NCBI GenBank assembly: GCA_963719505.1
Contig: CAVRCF010000001.1
Location: 160,001-224,000 of the forward strand
Length of the DNA stretch: 64,000 nt
Direction: 5' to 3'
From: Halobacteriovoraceae bacterium
GTDB lineage: Bacteria; Bdellovibrionota; Bacteriovoracia; Bacteriovoracales; Bacteriovoracaceae
Part shown: in pieces, positions 1-9,311 of the stretch
How the letters are laid out: each line of letters starts with the position of its first letter
Numbering within the stretch: the stretch's first letter is position 1
Notes under the pieces: generated by a model
Database searches by the model: none
Told to the model about the DNA's origin: nothing
What the model saw: the letters and a program-made list of their open reading frames with translations, nothing else
Position numbers and translations under genes: made by a program

Positions 1-1310
1 TGAGCTTTGGCTTTGAGCAAACCTTTACCATTCCAAGTTGGTGGACAGATGAGGGCTTTACTGCAACAAGTAATACCCCCTTAAAACGTGAAAAGATGCT
101 CGAATTAGCACAAAATATTTCCACACTTTTAAAGGGCAACTTTAAAGAGAGTAAAGATATTTGGGACCATATGCAATATGAGACTTTTGATAGCGAGGGA
201 ACTCCAAGCTTTATCGTTACAATGGATCCTGGCAGCATCGAAGTAAAAACCCAGCCCGTAGTGGCCAAAGATGTGGTCTCCATGATCACCCCTCTTTTTG
301 AAGCAGCAGCACAAGGTGGACTCGTGCCTTTTAGAAATTGGTGGTACGGAGTTCAAGGTGGTACCGAAGGCGGATGTCACGTTAATATGGGAGGGTTTAG
401 CGATGAGACAAATCCCTTTTTAAAATTCCCAGACCTCGTTGTTAAGTACTCAGCCTTTATTCATAACCGACCTTATCTTCACTATCCTTTTATGGGATTA
501 GACGTAGGCCCTGAGGGAAATGCTCAAAGACTTGATGAGAAAAAAGGTTATGACCAAGTCGTAAAAGCTTTTGAAAGCTATGACTCTCATCAAAAGAATG
601 TTTACGACCATTTTAAAAAGACAAATATCATTACCGACAAATCATCTTACCCTTCTCTTCATAAATTCAAGGATCCTCTTTTTTTAATCGAAGACAGGGC
701 CGTAGAAGCTTTGAGAAGCCCAGAAGACTTTGAGCTCATTGTCGATCTACGGATGCAAATTTTTAAACAACTTTTAAGTGATTCAAAAGTTGAAAAGCTA
801 AAAAGTTTTAGTAAGAAACTTCACAAAGAGAAGCTAACTTCTTACTCTTTATGGGCTGATTTTCAAAAGTGGGCCAATAAGATGAAAGTCAATCCTGTTC
901 CCTATCAAAGATTTTTTGATAGGCAGTTTCCCGTATTAGAACAAGGTGTCGCTCCCACAGGTTTTGGTATTCGAGAAGGAAGAAGGCCCAGAATCATTAA
1001 AGATATAAAGAAAAAAGGAGATACGGTCATAAGTAAAACTGTTGATACTGACTTTAAAAGATTTGAATTTTTTACTTATGGTGATGATTTTTCGAGCGTC
1101 GAGATTATTTTAAATGCAGATGGAATAGAGTATGAATCCGATATTCTCAAGCATGAAGCCCCTCTTGGTTTAAAAGATATAGGTCGTGCTTATTATAAGT
1201 TTGTCGATCTCAAAATAAATAAAGAAAATCCCATCTTAGAAATCAGTCTCAAAAATGATCAACATATCGAGGAGGCAAAGTTTCACCTTCTCGATATGAA
1301 GTGGGTTTAA
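1..1310 (+). CDS. DUF2126-like putative amidoligase (carboxylate-amine ligase fold); start at or just before the window edge
   Basis: Frame is open from nt 3 (SFGFEQTF...). Motifs VTMDPGSIEV, GGCHVNMGG and NPFLKFPDL...GPEGNAQRLDE resemble the DUF2126 motifs VTPDPGVIEV, GGNHxxxGG and SPFLRRPDL...GPTSQAPRVDE. Confidence 0.6.
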   Translation, partial: SFGFEQTFTIPSWWTDEGFTATSNTPLKREKMLELAQNISTLLKGNFKESKDIWDHMQYETFDSEGTPSFIVTMDPGSIEVKTQPVVAKDVVSMITPLFEAAAQGGLVPFRNWWYGVQGGTEGGCHVNMGGFSDETNPFLKFPDLVVKYSAFIHNRPYLHYPFMGLDVGPEGNAQRLDEKKGYDQVVKAFESYDSHQKNVYDHFKKTNIITDKSSYPSLHKFKDPLFLIEDRAVEALRSPEDFELIVDLRMQIFKQLLSDSKVEKLKSFSKKLHKEKLTSYSLWADFQKWANKMKVNPVPYQRFFDRQFPVLEQGVAPTGFGIREGRRPRIIKDIKKKGDTVISKTVDTDFKRFEFFTYGDDFSSVEIILNADGIEYESDILKHEAPLGLKDIGRAYYKFVDLKINKENPILEISLKNDQHIEEAKFHLLDMKWV

Positions 1311-1312
1311 TT

Positions 1313-2815
1313 TTATTTCATTGGATTAATTTTATTAATCTCATCTTTAACTTTAGTTTTTACATCGTCCATTTTTTCAAGGGCTTCCATGGCAACTGGG
1401 CCATACTTATCCGCAAGCCTCATCCAAAGAGGTGAGCCCTCATCAGAACCCATACCCTTTTCAAAGTCTGGTAACTCTCCAGTAGGTCCCCACATGCTCT
1501 CCATAACTTTTTCGACTGACTTTTTAACAAGACCTCTAGCTGGAATCTTGGCCATCATTCCATACATTGCAGCATCACCTGATTTCGCAAGTTCAGGACG
1601 GGCCCTAACATAGTCTACCGTTTCACTTAAATCTTTTATAAAGTCCTCTAAAGAGTCTCTATGATTTGGCATTACAGTCATATGAATTGAAGCTGGTTTT
1701 TGTTGTCTATCAAACCACCAACCTTTTTCTATCATTCTGTCGGCAACGGCTAAAATGCTCATATTTTTATCGGTAGATTTAAAAGCAAGCAAAGTCGCGT
1801 GAGGATTTCCAAGAACTTCTAAGGATTCAATTTCATTTATTTTTGTTTTGAAGTCTTTAGCGACAGAGATTGTTTTCTTTGCATATTCTATATAACCTTC
1901 TTCACCAAGTTTGTTTAAGGTTCCCCATGCCGCGGCGATGGCCCCACCAGGTCTAGTTCCAGGTAAATTAGGAGATGCGTAGATACCACCAGACCAATCA
2001 GTTGTGATAAAAAACTGATGCTTCATATAGTCCATGGACTTATAAAGAATCACTGATGCTCCCTTAGCGGCAAATCCATACTTATGAAGGTCAGCCGAGA
2101 TTGATGTTACACCGGGAATTCTAAAATCCCACAAAGGAATAGGTTCACCTATTTTCTCTAACCAAGGCAACATAAAGCCACCAACACAAGCATCAACATG
2201 AAAAGGAATATTCTTTTTCATCGCATATTCTGCTAACTCTTCAATGGGATCAATAACACCTTGAGGATACTGTGGTGAAGAGCCCATCATCATAATTGTA
2301 TTTATACCAACCGCTTTTTTCATGGCCTTCACATTGGCACGGTAATCATCATCGAGCTTAACAGGGACATACTTTACCCCGAAATACTTACAGGCCTTCT
2401 CAAAAGCAACATGGGCTGATTCGGGACAAACAAGTTCAGGTTTTAGGATCCAAGGTTTTTTCTTTTTCGCGAGTTCTCTTGCGGCTTTCACGGCCATAAG
2501 AATACTTTCCGTTCCACCACTGGTCATTGTACCAACTGACGTCTCACTTCCATGCATAAGAGAGCATGACATTCTGACGACCTCTCTTTCCATTTTCTTG
2601 AGTGATTTAAAAGCCATAGGATTTAAGAAATTTTCCGAGATAAATTTGCCATAAGAATCTTTGAGAAAATCATGATGAGCATCATCCAAAGGATAAGTAA
2701 GGCAAAAAACTCTTCCCGTTTTCCATTTAAAATCATGCTCTTTTATGGCATCCATTTCTTTAAAAATATCGTTGATCTCTCTTCCCTTAGCGGGAATACG
2801 TATCTCATTGCTCAT
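1313..2815 (-). CDS. Sphingosine-1-phosphate lyase-like PLP-dependent enzyme (group II decarboxylase family)
   Basis: TSGGTESI, HVAFEKA, HVDACVGGF, PLP-lysine motif SISADLHKYGFAAKGASV and C-terminal AAMYGM are typical of S1P lyases. Confidence 0.8.
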   Translation of the reverse strand: MSNEIRIPAKGREINDIFKEMDAIKEHDFKWKTGRVFCLTYPLDDAHHDFLKDSYGKFISENFLNPMAFKSLKKMEREVVRMSCSLMHGSETSVGTMTSGGTESILMAVKAARELAKKKKPWILKPELVCPESAHVAFEKACKYFGVKYVPVKLDDDYRANVKAMKKAVGINTIMMMGSSPQYPQGVIDPIEELAEYAMKKNIPFHVDACVGGFMLPWLEKIGEPIPLWDFRIPGVTSISADLHKYGFAAKGASVILYKSMDYMKHQFFITTDWSGGIYASPNLPGTRPGGAIAAAWGTLNKLGEEGYIEYAKKTISVAKDFKTKINEIESLEVLGNPHATLLAFKSTDKNMSILAVADRMIEKGWWFDRQQKPASIHMTVMPNHRDSLEDFIKDLSETVDYVRARPELAKSGDAAMYGMMAKIPARGLVKKSVEKVMESMWGPTGELPDFEKGMGSDEGSPLWMRLADKYGPVAMEALEKMDDVKTKVKDEINKINPMK

Positions 2816-2898
2816 GAAAATCTCCTCTAAATTAATTTATTCTTTATTATCTCTTATTTTGTATTTTAAAATAGGCGGAAAACTTGTAAATTAGTCTT

Positions 2899-3927
2899 AT
2901 GACGCTATTAAATAAGTATTTTTTTTCTTTTAAAAAGGACTTAATTGCTTTTACCACGTTTATTCCGTTAACGATCGCTTATTTACTTTGCAATTATTTA
3001 GACAGTGACCTTTTATCAGGTGATATAAAGGGTATTCACTTGGTTATAGGATGGGTTCTTGTCGATGGCTCTCATGTATACTCGAGTTTATTTGTCACTT
3101 ACTTCGATAAAAAAACGAGAACTGAGCTGCCAAAGGCCCTCATTATTCTTCCCCTATTCTTTTTAGTCTCAGCCACATTCTTTTTCTATTTTGGGATGAG
3201 GTCTAGCTATATCTATTTTGTCGCCTATTTAGCTGCGATCCATTTCATTCGACAAGAATATGGCTGGATGAAAATATCGTCATCCTTTGACAAGAATCTC
3301 CCTCGCATTATCAATATCGTCGATAAAGTCACAACTTATACAATGACGATAGCTCCTTTTCTTTGGCTAACAAGAAAGTCAGCATCAGGTTTTTGGTACG
3401 AAGAAGGTGATTCATTTTTAGTTCCCGACGTAATTGCAAACGCAGGGATCTACCTTTTTTGGACGATGGTAAGCCTCTTCCTTATTTTAAATCTCTATCA
3501 CTCATTTAAATCAAAAACTTTTAATCTTTCGAAGTTTTTGGTTTTTCTCAATACGTTTTTTGGATGGTATGTCCCTCTCGTTTATATTGAAACGGGTTGG
3601 ATCAAAGTTCTCTATGCTATTTGTCACCACGGCGTGCCTTATTATTTTATTGTGTTTCACACTGAGAGAATTTCTCAAACCTCAAACTTTTTAAAGAAGC
3701 TTGGACAATTTCGTTATTTATTTTTCTATTTGGCTTGTGCGATCTTTATGTTCTACTTCATCGAACTTCAAGACTCGAGTTTTATCTATAGATCTAGAAA
3801 AGCGTACCCCTTTTTAAATGCATTTCTCTACGCTTTCTTTTTGACGCCACAGTTGGTTCATTTCCTTATCGATGCTTTTATTTGGAAAAAAAGAGTGGGT
3901 CTTGTCAACGCTATTGGTAAATCCTAA
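2899..3927 (+). CDS. Polytopic membrane protein with conserved-looking His motifs (possible non-haem iron membrane oxygenase)
   Basis: 342 aa, many hydrophobic segments; motifs DGSHVYSS, HFIRQEYGW, CHHGVPY, HFLIDAFIWK. Confidence 0.6.
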   Translation: MTLLNKYFFSFKKDLIAFTTFIPLTIAYLLCNYLDSDLLSGDIKGIHLVIGWVLVDGSHVYSSLFVTYFDKKTRTELPKALIILPLFFLVSATFFFYFGMRSSYIYFVAYLAAIHFIRQEYGWMKISSSFDKNLPRIINIVDKVTTYTMTIAPFLWLTRKSASGFWYEEGDSFLVPDVIANAGIYLFWTMVSLFLILNLYHSFKSKTFNLSKFLVFLNTFFGWYVPLVYIETGWIKVLYAICHHGVPYYFIVFHTERISQTSNFLKKLGQFRYLFFYLACAIFMFYFIELQDSSFIYRSRKAYPFLNAFLYAFFLTPQLVHFLIDAFIWKKRVGLVNAIGKS

Positions 3928-4631
3928 AGCTTACCATTTACATAATTCATTTCGTGATGAGCTGTAAAACCTAAAAGAGAGAAGGCCACGCACAAAACGA
4001 AAAGAATCAAAAGAGAGTTTAAAACTTTATTCTGAGTGAACAGATTCCACTCAAACTTTTTAAAGACAAGAAGCTCCACCAAAAACAATACTAAAAGCGT
4101 TAAAGTAAAAGACTCAATAGGATAAAGACCTAAGAAACTGGCCACTGAGTAGTTTAGGCGATCAATGGGCATAACAAGAGGCATCGTCATGCTTCTCATC
4201 ATCCATGCCCTGTGCAGCTGAATATTTTTGTTCTTGATAAAATAAAAACCTGAAAGAAGACAGATAAGACTATAAATACTTAAAGGATAAACTCCCAGAC
4301 CAAAAGGCGCTTTTGTCTGCAAAGTAAGATTCACAACAAATAAACAAAAGATACAAACGAGCGCACTTACAAAATAAAGGTAGCCGATAGACTTGTGAAC
4401 CTTGAGCCGCTTTTGAGAAAAGGAAGTGAACTGCCAAAACCCTGAAAGGAGCCATAATACACCAGCGGTCACGTGAATAAAAACCAAAGGGTAAGACAGT
4501 TGGTTCGTTTTTAGGTTTCGAGGGACAAAGTTAACATCATAGAGGTGATACTTCCAAGAGCCTATAATAAGTCCTAGAGAAATAAACAACCCAAACAACC
4601 AAATAATTTCTTTTAGTTTTAAAGACTTCAT
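3924..4631 (-). CDS. DUF2306-family membrane protein
   Basis: Motifs FIHVTAG, LKVHKSIGYLY and HRAWMMRS; several TM segments. Confidence 0.7.
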   Translation of the reverse strand: MKSLKLKEIIWLFGLFISLGLIIGSWKYHLYDVNFVPRNLKTNQLSYPLVFIHVTAGVLWLLSGFWQFTSFSQKRLKVHKSIGYLYFVSALVCIFCLFVVNLTLQTKAPFGLGVYPLSIYSLICLLSGFYFIKNKNIQLHRAWMMRSMTMPLVMPIDRLNYSVASFLGLYPIESFTLTLLVLFLVELLVFKKFEWNLFTQNKVLNSLLILFVLCVAFSLLGFTAHHEMNYVNGKL

Positions 4632-4798
4632 TTTCTCACTCTTGTTGTCACGACGAGTATAAATCCGCCAAGGACAAGCGAGATAACGATGAGAGCTTGC
4701 ACTCCACTAGAGAGGGAGTAAAGATTGAGACCTCTATTAAAAATTAGTTCTAAGACTAAAAATATAAGAATGCTTTTTACGAAATCAAATTTTGTCAT
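4628..4798 (-). CDS. Small 56-aa two-TM membrane protein, not in the ORF track
   Basis: Translated by hand: MTKFDFVKSILIFLVLELIFNRGLNLYSLSSGVQALIVISLVLGGFILVVTTRVRK. Its TGA overlaps the DUF2306 ATG (ATGA). Confidence 0.55.
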   Translation of the reverse strand: MTKFDFVKSILIFLVLELIFNRGLNLYSLSSGVQALIVISLVLGGFILVVTTRVRK

Positions 4799-4831
4799 TA
4801 TATCTATCTTAAGATATCAGCAAATGAAAAG

Positions 4832-5251
4832 TCACTTTATTTGAAAAGCTTCAACTTGGATGACATCTGTCATGTAATTTCCGCCGTTTTTAAAGACCAT
4901 TTCCTGCTTTATAACCCCGTCAAAACTGAGATTATATTTATTATGGCAGCCGCCACTTTGAAAACTTTGATACTGACTATTACCATTATAAATTGTTTGA
5001 ATTGTATTTTTGAACGATTGAGAAGAGTTGTCACTCATCTCGTATGATTTACCATTGTAATTGATGTAGACGATACTTCCACCATAGCAGCCACCATTAA
5101 CGTCAGCCACATCTAGCACTGCTTGATATGAGTAAGTGGACTGGCCAAGAAAACTGTCATCATCAGTACCTGAAGCCTGACTTTGGCTCTCCATATTTCC
5201 ACAACCAATAAAGATAAATAAACAAGTCACTAAAAGATATTTCATTTTCAT
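4832..5251 (-). CDS. Hypothetical lipoprotein
   Basis: Signal peptide with lipobox FIGC; GAGGAG RBS upstream. Confidence 0.7.
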   Translation of the reverse strand: MKMKYLLVTCLFIFIGCGNMESQSQASGTDDDSFLGQSTYSYQAVLDVADVNGGCYGGSIVYINYNGKSYEMSDNSSQSFKNTIQTIYNGNSQYQSFQSGGCHNKYNLSFDGVIKQEMVFKNGGNYMTDVIQVEAFQIK

Positions 5252-5268
5252 CTCTCCTCAATGGAAGC

Positions 5269-5295
5269 TTATCGCCAAAATTCCAAAAAACTTGA
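5269..5295 (-). promoter_or_regulatory. Sigma-28 (FliA)-type promoter for the lipoprotein gene
   Basis: Minus strand TCAAGTTT-N11-GGCGATAA versus consensus TAAAGTTT-N11-GCCGATAA. Confidence 0.6.
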
Positions 5296-5409
5296 GTATA
5301 AAGGCTTGATATAGATTTTTATGGGCATCTAAAAATGAATAGTGGCACCTAAGACACCGAAAATACTAAGTTTGGACTCAAATTTATAGAAATGATGTAT
5401 AATTGAGAG

Positions 5410-5700
5410 ATGAAATGGATTATTGCAAGCCTCCTCTTTTCTTCAGTATCCTCCGCCTGCCCCTTCTCAATGGTAGAACAGGAAGGTCGTTACCTTTTAG
5501 TTCAAAAACGCCTTGGAGAACCTCCTCGCCTTGAAGATGAAGTGGCCAAGCCGCTCAATAGACGTGGACTTCAAGAGGTAAAGGTGAAAGATAAAAAGAC
5601 TGGTGAAGTCAGGGAGTCTCGAGTTCGAGTTATCTATGATTCAGATAATAAAGCTGAAATCGAGAGAATCGTTGAGGGACGTTGCAACGTAAAATACTAA
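5410..5700 (+). CDS. Small secreted hypothetical protein
   Basis: 96 aa with N-terminal signal peptide (MKWIIASLLFSSVSSA); TATAAT 6 nt upstream of the ATG. Confidence 0.6.
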   Translation: MKWIIASLLFSSVSSACPFSMVEQEGRYLLVQKRLGEPPRLEDEVAKPLNRRGLQEVKVKDKKTGEVRESRVRVIYDSDNKAEIERIVEGRCNVKY

Positions 5701-5790
5701 TTCACATCCACACGAAATTTATAATATTTTTCTTAAATCTTTTAGCTTTAAACTTGAAAAATTAAATTCGACCAATCGTTGTATAAAAAG

Positions 5791-5867
<77 letters not shown>

Positions 5868-5924
5868 ATAATTTTTCATGAGGGTAATTTTTAAATAATT
5901 CTACCCTGTTTTGGCAATAGTTTA

Positions 5925-6501
5925 TTTACTTAAAGTCTTGAAATTAATTAGCCTCCGCACAAGCTTTTGCGCGATGCGAGTTAGTCATTTTCCATTCCCT
6001 CTCCTCGGCTAAAGACTTTCCTGATCGACCTGTAGGTAAAAAGATGGGATCATAACCAAAACCTTTGTCTCCCTTAAGCTCAGTCCCAATCTCTCCGTGA
6101 ACTCTGCCTTCGAAAAAGTAAATCTCACTTGGAGACTTATAAAAGCACAAGTAACAAACAAAATAGGCTGACCTATCTTCCTTATCGGCTCAGAATCTCT
6201 ATTAGTTTTTTGCACTTGTCTGCATAATCAGGAAGCTCTGGTGCAAACCTTGCGGAATAAATCCCCAAAAGGTCGGGCAGAGCATGTAACCACAAGACCT
6301 GAATCATCCGCCACCGCCGGTTTTCCAAACTTATTATAATAAGCTTCTGCCTTTAGTTGGGCATTTGCTCGAAAGCTATCTCCATCTTCGATGACTTCTA
6401 ATTTCGTGTCCGGTGCCACTATTTTTACATCACTATTTTTTAAGAGCTCGATTGAGTTCCTCTACTTTGTGTGGATTTGATGAGGCTAAGATAAATTCCA
6501 T
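5925..6501 (-). CDS. rdgB: Non-canonical purine NTP pyrophosphatase (RdgB/HAM1); frameshifted in this sequence, 3' end approximate
   Basis: Start MEFILASSNPHKVEE; fragments carry ENAxLKA-like, ADDSGL, GFGYDPIF and SHRAKA; directly follows rph. Confidence 0.85.
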
Positions 6502-6503
6502 TG

Positions 6504-7214
6504 TTAAGCCTTAAGGGCCTGTGCCTGAGCTTCGAAAACTTTTTTCATCGCAACTGCTGCACAATCAAGAAGAGCATTTAATTGATCTCTAGAAAAAGGC
6601 TCTCCCTCTGCTGTTCCTTGAACTTCGACAAATTTTCCTGACTCAGTCATCACAATATTAACATCTGCCTCACAGGTTGAGTCTTCTTCGTAATTCAAGA
6701 TCCGCTATGGCCATACCTTCTTTATCAAGCCCAACACTTAAGGCTGCAAGCTTCTCGCTAATGGGATTCGTCGCAAGCTTTCCTTCTTTCATAAGTCTCT
6801 CAATTGCTATTTCTAAAGCCACAAAAGCACCTGAAATAGAAGTTGTTCTCGTTCCACCATCGGCAACTAAAACGTCACAGTCTAAAGTTATTTGCATCTC
6901 ACCGAGTTTTTTCATATCAACAACGGCTCGAAGAGCTCTTGCGATTAATCTTTGAATCTCCTGAGTTCTTCCCCCAACTTGACCTCTTTCACGTCTTACA
7001 CGGTCATGAGTAGATCCTGGAAGCATATGAGTACTCAGCTGTTACCCAACCTTTTCCAGTCCCTTTCATCCACCTTGGAACCTCTTCTTCAACACGTCGC
7101 CGTAATATGAACTTTAGTGTTACCAAATTCAGCAATGACACTTCCATAAGCATAAGGATTAATATTTTTTGTAAATTTGATTTCTCTTGGGCTATCTCTT
7201 TTGATTAAAGACAT
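6504..7214 (-). CDS. rph: Ribonuclease PH; frameshifted in this sequence
   Basis: [36 protein letters not shown] and NYEEDS...VEVQGTAEG across fragments. Confidence 0.92.
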
Positions 7215-7277
7215 TGTGTTTTCCTTTGGATATATATGTTAACTATCTCTTTATAACAAAAGCTAGGAACTATCTCA

Positions 7278-7940
7278 ATGAATCATATTCATCTTGAAAC
7301 ATGTCCAAGTACTCAGGATCATTTAATTGCCCTTAATGATTTGTCGCAAAATATCTTGGTGAGCACCAATCTTCAACTTAGCGGTAGAGGGAGAAGATCC
7401 AACTTTTGGTCTTCTGGTCCAGGCTCTTTGACTTTCTCTTTTACTCTTAAAGCTAACGATATTTTAACGTTAACATCCGCTGAAGTTTCCATCCTCTTGT
7501 GCGAATATTTTAACAGAGGAATAAAAGTAAAGTGGCCAAACGATTTATTAAATTCTCATGGTGAAAAGTGCGGAGGAATAATTTTACAAAAAGTAGGTGA
7601 TGTTCTTGTCATAGGCGTGGGACTTAATTTGACCTTTAAACCAAATTCTACATTTGAATATGCAGTTGGATCCATCTTTAGTGAAGATGATCTTTTTGAC
7701 CCTAAAACAGAATCTCAAAATATCTACAACTTTATTCTCAACAACAGACTCTCACCAAATCAGGTTAAAACCAGATGGGTAGACTTTTGCGCTCATTTAA
7801 ATAAACAGGTTGAAGTGATTGAAGACAAGACAATCACTTTGGGGAAGTTTATCGGCATTGGAGATCAAGGCCAGGCGATGATAGAGACACCATTTGAACT
7901 CAAAGAGCTCTACAATGGGTCTCTAAGAATCAAGAATTGA
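7278..7940 (+). CDS. birA: Biotin--protein ligase (no N-terminal HTH)
   Basis: STQD, QLSGRGRR, VKWPNDL, KCGGI, IGVGLN. Confidence 0.9.
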   Translation: MNHIHLETCPSTQDHLIALNDLSQNILVSTNLQLSGRGRRSNFWSSGPGSLTFSFTLKANDILTLTSAEVSILLCEYFNRGIKVKWPNDLLNSHGEKCGGIILQKVGDVLVIGVGLNLTFKPNSTFEYAVGSIFSEDDLFDPKTESQNIYNFILNNRLSPNQVKTRWVDFCAHLNKQVEVIEDKTITLGKFIGIGDQGQAMIETPFELKELYNGSLRIKN

Positions 7941-9242
7941 TTCTGTTATTTTCTCTATCTCTTTTCTTATAAGGTTCTCTGCAAGATCTGGGATAATCTC
8001 CCAAGCTATTTTTTCAATATTGGCTTGGCAGTATTCTTTAACCAGACTCTCAATCATAGGAGTCATTTTTTCTTTAAGGATTTGTTCTATTTGAGCGTCG
8101 TCAAACGTTGGTGCAGCTTTTACAGGTGCATGATCTTTCGTCTCCATAACATCTGCGGGAAAGTCACTTGGAGTTTCTCCAAAATAATCCATATCATCGA
8201 ATGAATCTGTATCGTGATCATCACCTTGTTCGTCACCTTGATCATCGCCGACTGAGTCTTTAACTTCAACAAGTTTATGAGGCTGAACATGAGGAAGATC
8301 ATTCTCCTTCATTGGAACAAAATCATCGATAGTGTCTTCTTCTTCTGGCTCATCGATTTCTTCATCGGCACTCCAAAGGTCTGACTCATCGATCTCATCT
8401 TCAATCTGTGAAGCCAGATCAATTTCATCTTCTGGCTGCTCGGTCACTTCAGGCTCTTCATCATCTTCTTCGATGACAAAGTCATCTAAAGGCACAAGTT
8501 TAGGAGAAGAGCTGCTACCCATATCTGGAAACTCTAGGTCTTCATCTTTTGGAAGAACAATCCCATCATCATTTGTATTATTAGGAAGCTCAATCTCTTT
8601 TGGTATTTCAGAAACCTTAATAACTTCAGGTATCTCCACATGATCTGATTCATGACCTATAATACCAGGAACATCCATTGCCCAATCATCGACAGAGGCT
8701 TGGAGTGTATTTAAATTAATTTTTTCAGTTTTTTCGTTATCGAATTCTTCTGGTTCTTCATCATCAAAGTGAGCGCTGGGAGAATCCATAACCCAATCCT
8801 CTTGCTCATCTTCATCCTCTGATCCACTGTCTTCAATGACTTCAGGGAAAGAATCTTCATCGGTATCACCTAGACTATCTCTCATGGCATGACAAAGAGT
8901 AATAAACTTTGAACCATCAAAAGGTTTAACGATTTTAAAGTCGACGCCGTTTTGCTTGAGCATTTCTTCATCAATAGTATCGAATGTTCCAAACAGCATG
9001 AGGATTTTCGACTCGGCATGAATATCTAAAATAGTGGAGGCGAGCTCATAGCCAGTTTTATCTTCCGATAAATTAAAGTCCAACAAAACGATATCAGGTT
9101 TTACATCTCGCACTTGAGAGCGCAAATCATCAGCTGATAAACATTCAATAATTTCAAACTTTTCGTTAGCTAAAGTTATCTTTATTACTTTTTGGATTGT
9201 GAGGCTGTCATCAGCGACAAGAATTTTATGCATCTTACCCAT
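7923..9242 (-). CDS. romR: RomR-like polarity regulator (receiver domain, acidic linker, conserved C-terminal helix)
   Basis: Receiver domain ILVADDSLTIQKVI...IVKPF; C-terminus IEKIAWEIIPDLAENLIRKEI matches the Myxococcus RomR-C motif IEKIAWEVVPQLAETIIREEL. Confidence 0.8.
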   Translation of the reverse strand: MGKMHKILVADDSLTIQKVIKITLANEKFEIIECLSADDLRSQVRDVKPDIVLLDFNLSEDKTGYELASTILDIHAESKILMLFGTFDTIDEEMLKQNGVDFKIVKPFDGSKFITLCHAMRDSLGDTDEDSFPEVIEDSGSEDEDEQEDWVMDSPSAHFDDEEPEEFDNEKTEKINLNTLQASVDDWAMDVPGIIGHESDHVEIPEVIKVSEIPKEIELPNNTNDDGIVLPKDEDLEFPDMGSSSSPKLVPLDDFVIEEDDEEPEVTEQPEDEIDLASQIEDEIDESDLWSADEEIDEPEEEDTIDDFVPMKENDLPHVQPHKLVEVKDSVGDDQGDEQGDDHDTDSFDDMDYFGETPSDFPADVMETKDHAPVKAAPTFDDAQIEQILKEKMTPMIESLVKEYCQANIEKIAWEIIPDLAENLIRKEIEKITESILDS

Positions 9243-9266
9243 TCCTTAAAAATAGTATTCTTTAGC

Positions 9267-9295
9267 ATGGTACGCAATATAAAATATTATGTCTA
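9267..9295 (-). promoter_or_regulatory. Sigma-70-type promoter for romR
   Basis: TAGACA-N17-TACCAT on the minus strand. Confidence 0.45.
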
Positions 9296-9311
9296 ATTTT
9301 AGGCAGTTAGC

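Noticed and set aside
8332-8643. Ser-rich plus-strand ORFs (also 11598-11972)
   Set aside because: They are antisense shadows of Glu/Asp-rich codons in romR and the FHA protein.
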